In this document: positions 50,598 through 63,169 of the stretch, in pieces | Layout of the letters: each line of letters begins with the position of its first letter | How positions within the stretch are numbered: position 1 is the first letter of the stretch | NCBI GenBank assembly: GCA_030390025.1 | Contig: CM059425.1 | Span: 171,184,001 to 171,248,000 of the forward strand | Length of the DNA: 64,000 nt | DNA from: Squalus acanthias | Taxonomy: Eukaryota | Direction of reading: 5' to 3' | Made by a program: the position numbers and the translations under genes | The notes under the pieces: model-generated | Told to the model about the DNA's origin: nothing | Database searches by the model: none | What the model saw: the letters and a program-made list of their open reading frames with translations, nothing else

Positions 50598-53500
50598 TTT
50601 TTTTTATTCGTTGATGGGATGTGGGCATCGCTGGCAAGGCCAGCATATTTTTGCCCAGCCCCTAATTGCCCTCGAGAAGGTGGTGGGGAGCCGCCTTCTT
50701 GAACCACTGCAGTCCGTGTGGTGAAGGTACTCCCATAGTGCTGTTAGGGAGGGAGTTTCAGGATTTTGACCCAGCGACAATGAAGGAACGGCGATATATT
50801 TCCAAGTCAGGATGATGTTTAACATGGAGGGAAACTGGCAGGCGAAGGTGTTCCCATGCGCCTGGTGCCCTTGTCCTTCTAGGTGGAAGAGGTCGTGGGT
50901 TTGGGAGGTGCTGCCGAAGAAGCCTTCGCGAGTTGCTGCAGTGCATCTTGTAGATGGTACACACTGCAGCCATGGTACGCCGGTGGTGGAGGGAGTGAAT
51001 GCTTAACGTGGTGGATGGGGTGCGAATCAAGTGGACTGCTTTGTCCTGGATGGTGTCGAGCTTCTTGAGTGTTGTTGCAGCTGCACTCATCCAGGCAAGT
51101 GGAGAGTATTCCATCACACTCCTGACTTGTGCCTTGTAGATGGTGGAAAGGCTTTGGGGAGTCAGGAGGTGAGACACTCGCTGCAGAATACCTAGCCTCT
51201 GACCTGCTCTTGTTGCCACAGTTTTTATGTGGCTGGTCCAGTTAAGTTTCTGGTCAATGGTGACCCCCAGGATGTTGATGGTGGGGGATTCGGCGATGGT
51301 AATGCCATTGAATGTCAAGGGGTGGTGGTTAAACTCTCGCTTGTTGGAGATAGTTATTGCCTGGCACTTGTGTGTTGCGAATGTTACTTGCCACTTATCA
51401 GTCCAAGCCTGAATGTCGTCCAAGTCTTGTTGCATGCGGGCATGGGCTGCTTCATTACCTGAGGAGTTGTGAATGGATCTGAACACTGCAATCATCAGTG
51501 AACATACCCATTTCTGACCTTATGATGGAGGGAAGGTCATTGATGAAGCAGCTGAAGATGGTTGGGCCTAGGACACTGCCCTGAGGAACTCATGCAGTGA
51601 TGTCCTGGGGCTGAGATAAGAACTTAAGAACATAAGAACTAGGAGCAGGAGTAGGCCATTCAGCCCCTAGAGCCTGCCACGCCATTCAATAAGATCATGG
51701 CTGATCTGATCTTGGCCTCAACGCCACTTTCCCGCCCACTCCCCATAACTCTTGACTCCCCTGTAGCTCAAATAGCTGTCTATCTCCGCCTTGAATATAT
51801 TCAATGACTCCGCCTCCACAGCTCTCTGGGGTAGAGAATTCCAAAGATTCACGACCCTCTGAGAAAAGAAATTCCTCCTCATCTCTGTTTTAAACGGGCG
51901 ACCCCTTATCCTGAAACTATGTCCCCTAGTTCTAGATTCCCCCACGAGGAGCAAATCCTCTCTGCATCTACCCTGTCAATCCCCCTCAGAATCTTATATG
52001 TTTCAATAAGATCACCTGTTATTCTTCTAAACTCCAATAAGTATAGACCCAACCTGCTCAACCTTTCTTCATAAGACAACCCCTTCAACTCAGGAATCAA
52101 CCTAGTGAACCTTCTCTGAACTGCCTCCAATGCAAGTATATCCCTCCTTAAATAAGGAGATCAAAACTGCACGCAGTGTGGTCTCACCAGCGCCCTGTAC
52201 AGTTGTAGCAAGACTTCCCTACTTTTATACTCCATCCCCCTTGCAATAAAGACCAACATTCTATTTGCCTTCCAAATTACTTGCTGTACCTGCATGCTAA
52301 CTTTTTGTGTTTCATGTATGAGGACCCCCAGATCCCTCTGTACCGCAGCATTTTGTAGTCTCTCTCCATTTAAATAATAATTTGCTTTTTTATTTTTCCT
52401 AATGATTGTCCTCCAACAACTGCAACCATCTTCCTTTGTGCTAGGTATGACTCCAGCCAGTGGAGAGTTTCCCCTGATTCCCATTGACTTCAATTTTACT
52501 AGGGCTCCTTGATGCCACACTCGGGCAAATGCTGCCTTGATGTCAAGGGCAGTCACTCTCACCTCATCTCTGGAATTCAGCTTTTTTGTCCATGTTTGGA
52601 CCAAGGCTGTAATGAGGTCTGGAGCCGAGTGGTCCTGGCGGAACCCAAACTGAGCATAGGTGAGCAGGTTATTGGTGAGTAAGTACTGCTTGATAGCATT
52701 GTCGACGACACCTTCCATCACTTTACTGATGATTGTGAGTAGATTGATGGGGTGGTAATTGGCTGGATTGGATTTGTCCTGCTTTTTGTGGACAGGACAT
52801 ACCTGGGCAGTTTTCCACATAGTCGGGTAGATGCCGGTGTTGTAGCTGTACTGGAACAGCTTGGCTAGAGGCACAGCTAGTTCTAGAGCACATGTCTTCA
52901 GCACGACAGCCGGAATACTGTCGAACCTTTTTTGTAGCCAGTGCGCTCAGCTGTTTCTTGATAACATGTGGATTTAATCGAATTGGCTGAAGACTGGCTG
53001 CTGTGATTTTGGGGACATCAGGAGGAGGCCGATATGGATCATCCACTTGGCACTTCTGGCTGAAGATGTTTGCAAACACTTCAGCCTTGTCTTTTGCACT
53101 CACGTGCTGGGCTCCGCCATCATTGAGAATGGTGATATGCATGGAGCCTCCTTGGTCAGTAGTACTGTTACTGAGCCACTCTTGGTGATGGACATTGAAG
53201 TCCCCCACCCAGAGTACATTCTGTGCCCTTGCTACCCTCAGTGCTTCTTCCAAGTCATGTTCTACATGGAGGAGTACTGATTCATCAGCTGAGGGAGGGC
53301 GGTACGTGGTAATCAGCAAGCCTATGCTTGACCTGAAGTCATGAGACTTCATGGGGTCTGGAATCAATGTTGAGGACTCCCAGGGCCACTCCCTGCCAAC
53401 TGTATACCACTGTGCCACCACCTCTGGTGGGTCTGCCCTGCTGATTTGACAGGACATACCCAGGGATGGTGATGGAGAAGTTTGGGACATTTTCTGAAAG

Positions 53501-54003
53501 GTATGATTCTGTGAGTATGACTATGTCAGGCTGTCGCTTGACTAGTCTGTGGGACAGCTCTCCCAATTTTGGCACAAGTCCCCAGATGTTAGTGAGGAGG
53601 ACTTAGCAGGGTCGACTGGGCTGGGTGTGCCATTGTCGTGTCCGAAGCCGGTGCCTAAGTCGATGCCGGGTGGTCCATCCAGTTTTATTCTTATTATTGT
53701 TTTTCGTAGTGGTTTGTTACAACTGAGTGACTTGCTAGGACATTTCAGAGGGCAGTTAAGAGTCAACCACATTGCTGTGGGTCTGGAGTCACATATAGTC
53801 CAGACCAGATAAGGACGGCAGATTTCCTTCCCTAAAGGACATTAGTGAACCAGATGGATTTTTACAACAATCTGATAATTTCATGGTCACCATTACTGAT
53901 ACTAGCTTTTTATTCCAGATTTATTTAATTAACTGAATTTGAATTCCCAGCTGCTATGGTCTCTGGATTACAATCCAGTAACATAACCACTATGCGACCG
54001 TTT
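50598..54003 (-). mobile_element. LINE family B copy 2 (both ends, internal deletions, nested CR1)
   Basis: Homologous to 15758-21985; poly(A) at 50598; tRNA-like head at ~53960-54000. Confidence 0.9.
51617..52402 (-). mobile_element. 5'-truncated CR1 nested in LINE B
   Basis: RKNKKANYYLNGERL..VQRRFTRLIP..RTEMRRNFFSQRVV; (TTCTTATG)n tail. Confidence 0.9.
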
Positions 54004-54339
54004 TCCTCCACCAGGAGCTCCAGTGCCACATCAGAGAACCTGGGCGCCCTCTCTCTAGGTCCTTGAGGCATTCTTCCACTCCCAGCCATCGCACACAATG
54101 CCTTCAGTGGAAGTAGGTGAGTGCAGGCTACATATACGGCTTCAGGAAAATTGCGTCTAATCAGCGCATGAGTGCTAAACCTGCAGTTGTCGATTTCAGC
54201 GCCTGCAAGCACGTTTAAATCATGATAATCATCAATTAACCCAAAAATTGCTAAATCCAGACTTTCAAAAAGACGTTTCTTATTAGCACAGCACTCATTT
54301 AGCGCCGGTTTTCATCCTTCGGCCAAAATAACCCTCATA

Positions 54340-54720
54340 GTATCTGAAGTGTAGCAAAATATCCCAAGTTTCTTTACAAGAGGGATCAGATATTGACTGG
54401 TCGATTGGGAGGAGCGTTAGGGCAGCTGATCGGAGTTATGGGTGAAAAAGTAGGCATCGAGGAAGCTTTTGAGGGTGGAGGAGTTTAGGAAGAGAATTGC
54501 AGAGTGCAGGGGTGTGATGGCTGAAGGCTCTGCCACCACATGTGAAGCAGAGAGAGGGGCTGCTGAGTAGATCAGTGTTGGAAGAGCAGAGAATGTGAGT
54601 TGGACATAGGAATGGGGGAGGTAGCAGAAAGATTTGTAAATCAGGACAAGGACTTTGAAATCATTGTGCTGGGAGATAAGGAGGTCTGTGGAGGTCAATG
54701 AGGGAAAAGGTTTAGGTGAG
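54340..54720 (-). mobile_element. Decayed L2 3' fragment
   Basis: DFKVLVLIYKS..AEPSAITPLHSAILF, homologous to 31199-31620. Confidence 0.55.
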
Positions 54721-56008
54721 CAGGCTTAGTGCGAAATAGTATGAATGTGGGCAGAGTGTTATGTGCAAGGGAGAACATTTCCAGGAAAAGAAATCATCAA
54801 TATCATACTTCCAAAATTTCAGAACCCTAGAGTTTAAGGTGTTTTTTTGAAATTTGCCTATGATAATTAGGCATGGGAACAGGAGTAGACCATCTGGTCC
54901 ATTGAACTTGCTCTGCCATTTTGTTAACCATGGCGGCATTTTTGTAATCCCAAACCTGGCACCTTCTTGGTCACACAGACAGGAGGGTCCCAGGTTTAAT
55001 TCCCTGTCTATGCGAAGTTAATTGACTTCAGCTGAGGCAGTGGTAGGGGTGATGCAGTTGGCCTCAGTGCTCCTGTCGAAAGCAAAAAAGCAGCCAGGAT
55101 TTCAGCTTCTGATTGCAATTCAATGACCCCTGCTGAAAAAGGGATGGATCGGGCTGGACTGTCTCCCACAGTTCAATAGCCAGTCAATAATCATTGTCTA
55201 GGCTCACACATGACAAATGGCCACTTGTGCTGATATCGGTAGAATCCAATTACAGCACGTGTCAGCACCTTCAGGGAAAAAGGAGAGAAAATATGGGTAA
55301 TCGTGTGAAAATTTTATCTGCTTACAATAATCACTAGTATTTTCCCCATTAACTGAAGGAATATAGCCTCAATGTTTCATGAAAAATATGATTAGGTTTC
55401 CTGAGTTATAGAAAATACACAAGTTAGATTCAATTAGCAGATGGTATTAAATGTACTTTCTGAGTTTTAAACAGAGTTTTTACTTTTTTGAAGTTATGAG
55501 GAACAGTCTGGCCGCAAAATTCTGCTCCATTAGCATCCGTTGCTTGGGCACTACAGGAGCTGTTTTGCTTCCAAAATGGCTTCCGAGGAGCATGTGCCCA
55601 CTTCTGGAGCGGGCTGCACCGGATGGCAATTTGGTGAGGACACCAGTGTGGGCACAGAAAGCGTGTGCTGGAAGTATGCAGCGTGCGCAGATCGTGTCCT
55701 CAATCCGCGTGTAACGCTCATTTGATGCCACGCTGCCATTTTGGAACTCAACGCTCCAGCTAACGCCCTCTGTTAAACACACACAGCTGAACATGTGTTC
55801 AGCAGCAGGAAGGACACCCCACCAGTGCCATTTAAAGGGATCATCAACTACATACATGTTAGTTGCTGATTGATTTCTACTGGCTGTTAGTGTTGCTGAG
55901 TTTGTACAAGTGTTTGGAGCTTTCTACAGTTATTTAAAGTCTACAGGGAGTGGTGTGGCAGGTGCTGACGGACTTCCTGACTTCTGCAGAAACCAGTTGC
56001 TCCCAGAC

Positions 56009-57180
56009 ATGGGTGCAGGAGTAGGCATTCCCCTTGGCCTGCAGCATGAGAGGGCAAATGAGCACAGACGACACAGAGCAGGACAAGCTGCTAGAAAAGG
56101 GAAGCGGAGGAGGAGGGGGAGAAGGGCTCTCAACAGGAGGCCATTTCCGCCCAGGGCGTTCAGGGAGCAATTCTCCTACCTGAACCTCAGCGAGGAACAG
56201 TGTGTGAGATGTCTGCGCTTCACTAAGGACGTCCTCACTGAAATCTGCCACCTGCTGCAGCCACACCTGCAACCTCAGAGCAGGGCGAGGACGGCTTTGC
56301 CAGTGGCTGTGAAGGTAACCGTGGCCGTGAACTTTTATGCCTCTGGCTCCTTCCAGGTTGGAGCGAGCGATATTTGCAACATCTCCCAGTTTGCCATGCA
56401 CTGTTGCATGCACTGAAGCTCTGTATTCCAAGAGAGCTGAATACATTTCATTCTCTCTGGCCAGAGAGCAGTAGGCGGAGCGAGCACGCAGCTTCGCGAG
56501 GTTTGCAGACTTCCCCATGGTGCAGGGTGCCATAGACTGCACGCATGTCGCTTTGCGGGCGCCTCATGTCAATTCTGAGCTAAACCGCAACCGAAAGGGA
56601 TTCCACTCCCTCAATGTCCAGCTGGTGTGCGACCATACGCAGCGTATCATGCAAGTTAATGCCCGGTATCCTGGCAGCAGTCATGATGCCTTCATTCTGC
56701 ACCAGTCCGCTGTGGCATCTGTATTTGAGCCACCACAACAAACCAGAGGGTGGCTACTGGGCGACAACGTGACTCATGACTCCGGTCTGCAACCAAGACA
56801 CACGTGGGCAGCATTCATACAACGAAAGCCATGGTGCCACATGAAATGTCATAGAGCAGGCCATTGGGGTGCTTAAACAACGATTCTGATGCCTGGAGGA
56901 GCCTTGCAGTACTCGGCAGAGCGTGTCAAAATTCGTGGTGGTCAGCTTCACGCTGCACAATCTCTCCATCATGAGGGCACTGCCCTTGCCACCAGCTATA
57001 CGATGACCAGCTGAGGAGGAGGAGGAAGAAGAGGAGGAAGAGAAGGAGGAGAAGGAGGAAGAGAAGGAGGAGAAGGAGGAAGAGGAAGAGGAGGAGGAAG
57101 AGGAAGGGCGGAGGCAACCTAGACAGCCCCTTTCTGTCCGGGCTGTCCGTGACAGTCTCATCCAACCGCGATACCAGTAA
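56009..57180 (+). pseudogene. Harbinger DDE transposase, disrupted; Glu-rich tail
   Basis: [88 protein letters not shown]. Confidence 0.92.
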
Positions 57181-58151
57181 CCGTAGTCCCAATTCCCCAT
57201 GCACCAACAGTCCCACACTCTGTACCTTCCGTCTGTCACTGACCATCACAGCGTTTGCTTGGCCACAAAGCAAAAATAAAAGCCAAGATAAAAGAAACAT
57301 TTCAAAGCAAATTTATAACTCAAACTATGCCATATTGAATACAAATGTCACCTAATCACCCTTGTGCATTCCCTTAGTGCCTGTCTTCCGTGTGCCTTTG
57401 TCTGTCCTAGTGCTCCTACCCCAGTGGCTTTAGCATGCCTGGTGGAAGGCTGCTGACCTTCAGTGGGGGAGACCGCAGATGGCCTTGGAGGATGACCTCG
57501 AGCAGCTATGGGTCTAAAAGCCCGGTTGCGGACTGCACCATCTCGGCATGGGCGGCAGCAGTTTGGGCTGTCTGGCTGACAGGCAACAGCAAGGGCACTG
57601 GTGGAGTGGTAGCAGTGGGAGGACAAATGCTGTCACTGCCACTCCCCCGGGCGGTGCCTCAGCAATCCTAGTAATCTGTTGGAGGACAGATTGCTGGACT
57701 GCTGTGATACCCTGCAAGCCCCTTTAAACACTGCTATCTGCAGCCATGATGGCAGCAGTCTGAGCTTGCATGACTTCAGTCTGAGCTTCTACTGCAGCAC
57801 TCAGACTTTGGGTGGAAGCTGCTTGTGCTGCAATGGAAGCTGAGACATCGGCCATCAGACGCTGCATCATGTTTGGGTCCACAAGTGTGCTAATGGAGTT
57901 GACCATCACTTCTACGTTGGAAAGGATGGGCTCCAAGCTCTGCGTAAAGCCCTGTGCAAAGTTGGAGCCGGACTCCTCCATGCTCCTTGACATTACACGC
58001 AGGCTTTCTGACAAGCCTGCCAATGCACCAAGCATTTCATTGTGCAGACCCATCAGCCTTCGTCTGTAGCCTGTCCATCGAAGTGCTAAGCTGAGTCCTC
58101 TGCAGCAGAACTTGTGTGGGACCACGACCCCCTAGGGAGCTGGCACCTGCA

Positions 58152-58627
58152 CTACAACAACAACAACAACTTGTATTTATATGGCACCTTTAACGTAATA
58201 AAACGTCCCAAGGCACTTCACAGGAGTGTTATAAAACAAAATTTGACACCGAGCCACACAAGGAGATGTTAGGCCAGATGACAAAAAGCTTGGTCAAAGG
58301 GGTAGGTTTTAAGGGGCGTCTTAAAGGAGGAAGAAGAGGTAGAGAGGTGGAGAGGTTTAGGGAGGGAATTCCAGAGCTTTGGGCCTTGGCAGATGAAGGT
58401 ACGGCCAGCAATGGTTGAGTGATTAAAATCAAGGATGCTTAAGAGGCCAGAATTAGAGGAGCACTGATATCTTGGAGGGTTGTGGAGCTGGAGGAGGTTA
58501 CAGAGATAGGGAGGGGTGAGGCCATGGAGGGATTTGAAAACAAGGATGAGAATTTTAAAATCGAGCCGTTGCTTAACCGGGAGTCAATGTAGGTCAGCAA
58601 GCACAGGGGTGATGGGTGAACGGGACT
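58152..58627 (-). mobile_element. L2 3' fragment
   Basis: Homologous to 31199-31640; (TTG)n tail. Confidence 0.88.
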
Positions 58628-59357
58628 ACCTTTTCCCCCTGCCCTGGCTGCAGCCCACTCATGCCCAGTGACTCACCATGTGCAGATCCCGCCTCTCTGC
58701 TACCCTCTAAATGATGAGCAGTGTCAGTATCTGAGCTGGTGGCTGCGAATATGAGATTGAGTCATGGTGTTTCTTCATAATCAGTCTCTTCTTCCTCTTC
58801 CACTACTGCCTGGCCAGGTTCGAGTTCTTGGGTATCTGAAAGGACAAAGGCACAAGGGTAGGTTTTTGGTGAGGAGAGGGAGGAAAGTAAGAGGTGCATG
58901 CTTACACCATCAGCAACTTGTAAATCAGAAGAGATTTTGGGATGAGGGCGAAATGGGATGTGAGAAGGAGGATTAAGTATGAGGATACCGTCATCTTGAA
59001 TTGTTTCAGCCACAGCCTCAGCGACGGCCGTTCCAATTATGGCGACTGCCGTCTCTTTCATCTTGGTTAGGACATGCAGCCGTGCCTGCTGTCTGCGGTT
59101 ATGCATCAACTTCTCCTGCAAGAGAGAGGGAAGTGTGTCATTGAGTGTTGTGCAATCTGTTTCAGTGATGTGTCTGTCATGGTTGACTAGCTGGCAATGT
59201 GTGCAAGCTGTGAGATGTGGGTGTGAGGCTTGCAGCAGTGCTAAGTGTCTGAGGGTTAGGTGAAGCTATGAATGTGAGGTATGAGTTGTGATTGATTGAG
59301 ATTGTTGGTAGGTGAGTGAAGGGTGTGTGGTGCATTGAGCAGTGTCTGAGGCTGGTG

Positions 59358-59461
59358 TAACAACAGAAAACGCTGGAAAAACTCAGCAGGCCAGGCAGCA
59401 TCCGTGGAGAGAGAAAGAGAGTTGACGTTTCAGGTCGATGACCTTTCATCAGAACTGAACA
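59358..59461 (-). mobile_element. 104-nt Penelope-type terminal insertion with 13-bp TSD
   Basis: TCTGAGGCTGGTG at 59345-59357 and 59462-59474 flanks the insert. Confidence 0.85.
59420..59456 (-). ncRNA. Minimal type I hammerhead ribozyme motif (GUC cleavage triplet)
   Basis: AGUU-CUGAUGA-A-AGGUC(AUC)GACCU-GAAA-CGUC/AACU: helix I AGUU:AACU, 5-bp helix II, palindromic ACGU helix III. Confidence 0.8.
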
Positions 59462-60042
59462 TCTGAGGCTGGTGGTTCAGTTGTAAGGCTATGGCATTTG
59501 AAGATAAATTCACTGACCTTGACCACTCGTGTGAGGTCATTAAACTTCTTCCTGCACTACATCCAGGTTCTTGGGGCGACACTGCTTGCATTGATCTCTG
59601 TGGCTATCTGCTCCCATTTCCTCTCAGAGCTTGTCCAGAAGTCCTCCTGGCCCCCTGTAGATACAGGATATCTCTTCTCCTGTCCACCTCCTGCACCAAG
59701 GCCTCGAGTGCTGTGTCTCAGAATCTGGGTGCACCCTCTTTGCCCTGTTGCATCATAATATACTGTTGTTGTAGCTCACAGTCTCTTTCCCAGCCACTTC
59801 CAGTACCTGCTCCAGCCAGAATTCACCTCCCCTTTAAGAGGTGCAGGCTGGCTTTAGTAGTGCAGGCTAGCTTTAAGTGGTACTAGCCTTGCACCAACTT
59901 GGGCCCCCTGCTCAGGTGTGCAGCCACTCAACAGCGCGTTCAATGCTGGGCTGCACGCCACAATCATTATAATTAGTAGGCAGCATGAAGTTTGCGTGCT
60001 GCCTGAATCATAGTGAATGGGCGCAGATTAAGCACGCATCAC

Positions 60043-62873
60043 GGAATAAGGTAGGAGAACTTGGAGCGTGGATTGGTACTTGGGACTACGATGTGGTGGC
60101 CATTACGGAGACATGGTTAGAACAGGGACAGGAATGGTTGTTGGAAGTTCCGGGGTATAGATGTTTCAGTAAGAGTAGGGAAGGTGGTAAGAAAGGTGGA
60201 GGAGTAGCATTGTTAATCAAAGATAGTTTAACAGCGGCAGAAAGGCAGTTCGAGGGGGATCTGCCGTCTGAGGTAATATGGGCTGAAGTTAGAAATAGGA
60301 AAGGAGCGGTCACGTTGTTAGGAGTTTTCTATAGGCCCCCAAATAGTAATAGAGATGTGGAGGAAGAAATTGCAAAGCAGATTATGAATAGGTGTGGAGG
60401 TCACAGAGTAGTTGTCATGGGTGACTTCAACTTTCCAAATATTGATTGGAACCTTTATAGGTCAAACAGTTCAGATGGGATAGTTTTTGCACAGTGTGTG
60501 CAGGAGGGTTTCCTGACACAATATGTGGATAGGCCGAAAAGAGGTGGGGCCACATTGGATTTGGTACTGGGTAATGAACTGGGCCAAGTGTTTGATTTGT
60601 ATGTGGGAGAGCACTTTGGAGATAGTGACCACAATTCGGTGACTTTCACTATTGCAATGGAGAGGGATAGGGCCATACGGCAGGGCAGGATTTATAATTG
60701 GGGGAGGGGTAATTATGATGCGATTAGGTGAGAATTAGGGAGCATAAGATGGGAACAGAAACTATCAGGGAAAGGCACAAACGAAAAGTGGAGCTTTTTC
60801 ATGGAGCAATTACTGCGTGTCCTTGATAGGTATGTCCCTGTCAGGCAGGGAGGAAATGGCCGAGTGAGAGAACCATGGTTCACAAAAGAGGTTGAATGTC
60901 TAGTCAAGAGGAAAAAGGAAGCGTATGTAAGGATGAGAAAACAAGGTTCAGTTGGGTCGATTGAGGGGTACAAGGTAGCAAGGAATGAGCTAAAAAAAGA
61001 GCTTAGGAGAGCTAGGAGGGGGCATGAGAAGTCCTTGGCGGGTCGGATCAAGGAAAACTCCAAGGCTTTTTACTCTTATGTGAGAAATAAAAGAATGACC
61101 AGGGTGAGGGTAGGGCCGGTCAAGGACAGTAGTGGGAACTTGTGCATGGAGTCAGAAGAGATAGGAGAGGTGATGAATGAATACTTTTCGTCAGTGTTCA
61201 CCGAGGAGAGGGGCCATGTTTTTGAGGATGAGAGTGTGATAAAGGTGGATAGGCTGGAGGAGGTAGATGTTCTGAGGGAAGATGTTTTAGCAATTTTTAA
61301 GAACCTGAGGGTCGATAAGTCCCCTGGGCCAGATGGGATATATCCTAGGATTCTTTGGGAGGCAAGGGAGGAGATTGCAGAGCCTTTGGCTTTGATCTTT
61401 GGGTCCTCACTGTCCACGGGGATGGTGCCAGAGGACTGGAGAGTGGCGAATGTTGTTCCTCTCTTCAAGAAAGGAAATAGGAATGACCCTGGTAATTATA
61501 GGCCGGTTAGTCTTACTTCGGTGGTTGGTAAGATAATGGAAAAGGTCCTGAGGGATAGGATTTATGACCATTTGGAAAGATGCAACTTAATCCGGGATAG
61601 TCAACACGGATTCGTGAAGGGTAAGTCTTGCCTAACAAATTTGATTGAATTCTTTGAGGAGGTAACTAAGTGTGTAGATGAAGGTAGAGCAGTTGATGTC
61701 GTATACATGGATTTTAGTAAGGCGTTTGATAAGGTTCCCCATGGTCGGCTCATGAAGAAAGTAAGGAGTTGTGGGATAGAGGGAAATTTGGCCGATTGGA
61801 TAAGTAACTGGCTATCTCATAGAAGGCAGAGGGTGGTGGTGGATGGAAAATTTTCGGACTGGAGACCAGTTACCAGCGGTGTGCCACAGGGGTCGGTGCT
61901 GGGTCCTCTGCTGTTTGTGATTTTTATCAATGACTTGGAGGAGGGGACTGAAGGGTGGATCAGTAAATTTGCTGATGACACCAAGATTGGTGGAGTAGTG
62001 GATGAGGTGGAGGGCTGTTGTAGGCTGCAAAGAGACATTGATAGGATGCAGAGCTGGGCCAAAAATGGCAGATGGAATTTAACCCTGATAAGTGCGAGGT
62101 GATTCATTTTGGTAGGGCAAATTTGAATAAGGAATACAGGGTCAACGGCAGGGTTCTGAGGAACATGGAGGAACAGAGGGATCTGGGGGTTCATATCCAC
62201 AGATCTCTGAAGGTTGCCACTCAAGTGGATAGAGCAGTAAAGAAGGCCTATAGTGTGTTAGCGTTTATTAACAAGGGGTTTGAGTTTAAGAACCGTGAGG
62301 TTATGCTGCAACTGTACAGGACCTTGGTGAGACCACATTTGGAATATTGTGTGCAGTTCTGGTCACCTCACTATAGGAAGGACGTGGAAGCATTGGAAAG
62401 AGTGCAAAGGAGATTTACCAGGATGCTGCCTGGTTTGGGGGGGAGGTCTTATGAGGAAAGATTGAGGGAGCTAGGGCTTTTCTCTTTAGAGCAGAGGAGG
62501 ATGAGCGGCGACTTAATAGAGGTTTATAAGATGATGAGGGGGATAGATAGAGTGGATGTTCAGAGACTATTTCCTCGGGTGGATGTAGCTGTTACAAGGG
62601 GGCATAACTATAAGGTGCATGGGGGGAGATATAGAAGGGATGTCCGAGGTAGATTCTTTACTCAGAGAGTGGTTGGGGTGTGGAATGGACTGCCTGCTGT
62701 GATAGTGGAGTCGGACACTTTAGGAACTTTCAAGCGGTTATTGGATAAGCACATGGAGCACACCAGAATGATAGGGAGTGGGATAGCTTGATCTTGGTTT
62801 CGGACAATGCTCGGCACAACATCGAGGGCCGAAGGGCCTGTACTGTGCTGTACTGTTCTATGTTCTATGTTCT
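60043..62873 (+). mobile_element. CR1 LINE, near-complete ORF2 (one stop, one frameshift)
   Basis: ORFs 59985-60731, 60801-62102 and 62072-62791; (TGTTCTA)n tail; candidate TSD ATCAC (60038-60042, 62874-62878). Confidence 0.95.
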
Positions 62874-63169
62874 ATCACAATTCCCGCGCTGATTTTCGGG
62901 GGGGGGGCTATCGAATTTTGCCCCCTATGTTTTTTAACTTATAAAAAAAATTCTGATGGTGAACACAGTCTATCTTCATCTCCCTTTACATTGTTTGATA
63001 GATTTTAGCTGTGTGCTTCGATATGTTTACTAACATGTAGTCTTTTATTTGGTGCGATAGACTCTAGCAATATATATGACTCAGTGTTCAAAGGAAAGTT
63101 ATGCACAGAAGAGACTTCACTGCTGTACCACCGTGCAGTCACTCACACAGACAAAATATGGCAGGGCTC

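Larger units (their letters stand above)
45604..54071 (-). pseudogene. Harbinger Myb/SANT gene of element C, split by LINEs
   Basis: MPQGPRERAPRFSDVALELLVEE (54071-54004) rejoins VVKRRALL..WEEITREV..RTWLQKCNDLTRVVK (50597-50437); the 3' exon starts near 50010 and resumes at 46460-45604. Confidence 0.8.
43738..54336 (+). mobile_element. Harbinger/PIF element C (both ends present) with nested LINEs
   Basis: TIR GCGGGCTATTTTGGCC / GGCCAAAATAACCCTC; TSD ATA; subterminal GGCGCTAAA / TTTAGCGCC. Confidence 0.85.
57352..59756 (-). pseudogene. Three-exon Myb/SANT gene of element D (exons ~59756-59518, 59115-58989, 58835-57352)
   Basis: MMQQGKEGAPRF*DTALEALVQEVDRRRDILY..WEQIATEINA..RTWM*CRKKFNDLTRVVK|GT; canonical GT-AG sites at each junction. 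Confidence 0.82.
55510..62925 (+). mobile_element. Harbinger/PIF element D with nested L2, hammerhead insert and CR1
   Basis: Termini GGCCGCAAAATTC / GAATTTTGCCCCC; convergent transposase and Myb gene. Confidence 0.8.

Noticed and set aside
50593..53999. CGACC as TSD of LINE B copy 2
   Set aside because: Reconstruction of the Myb frame suggests the right-hand CGACC belongs to the LINE's own 5' end.
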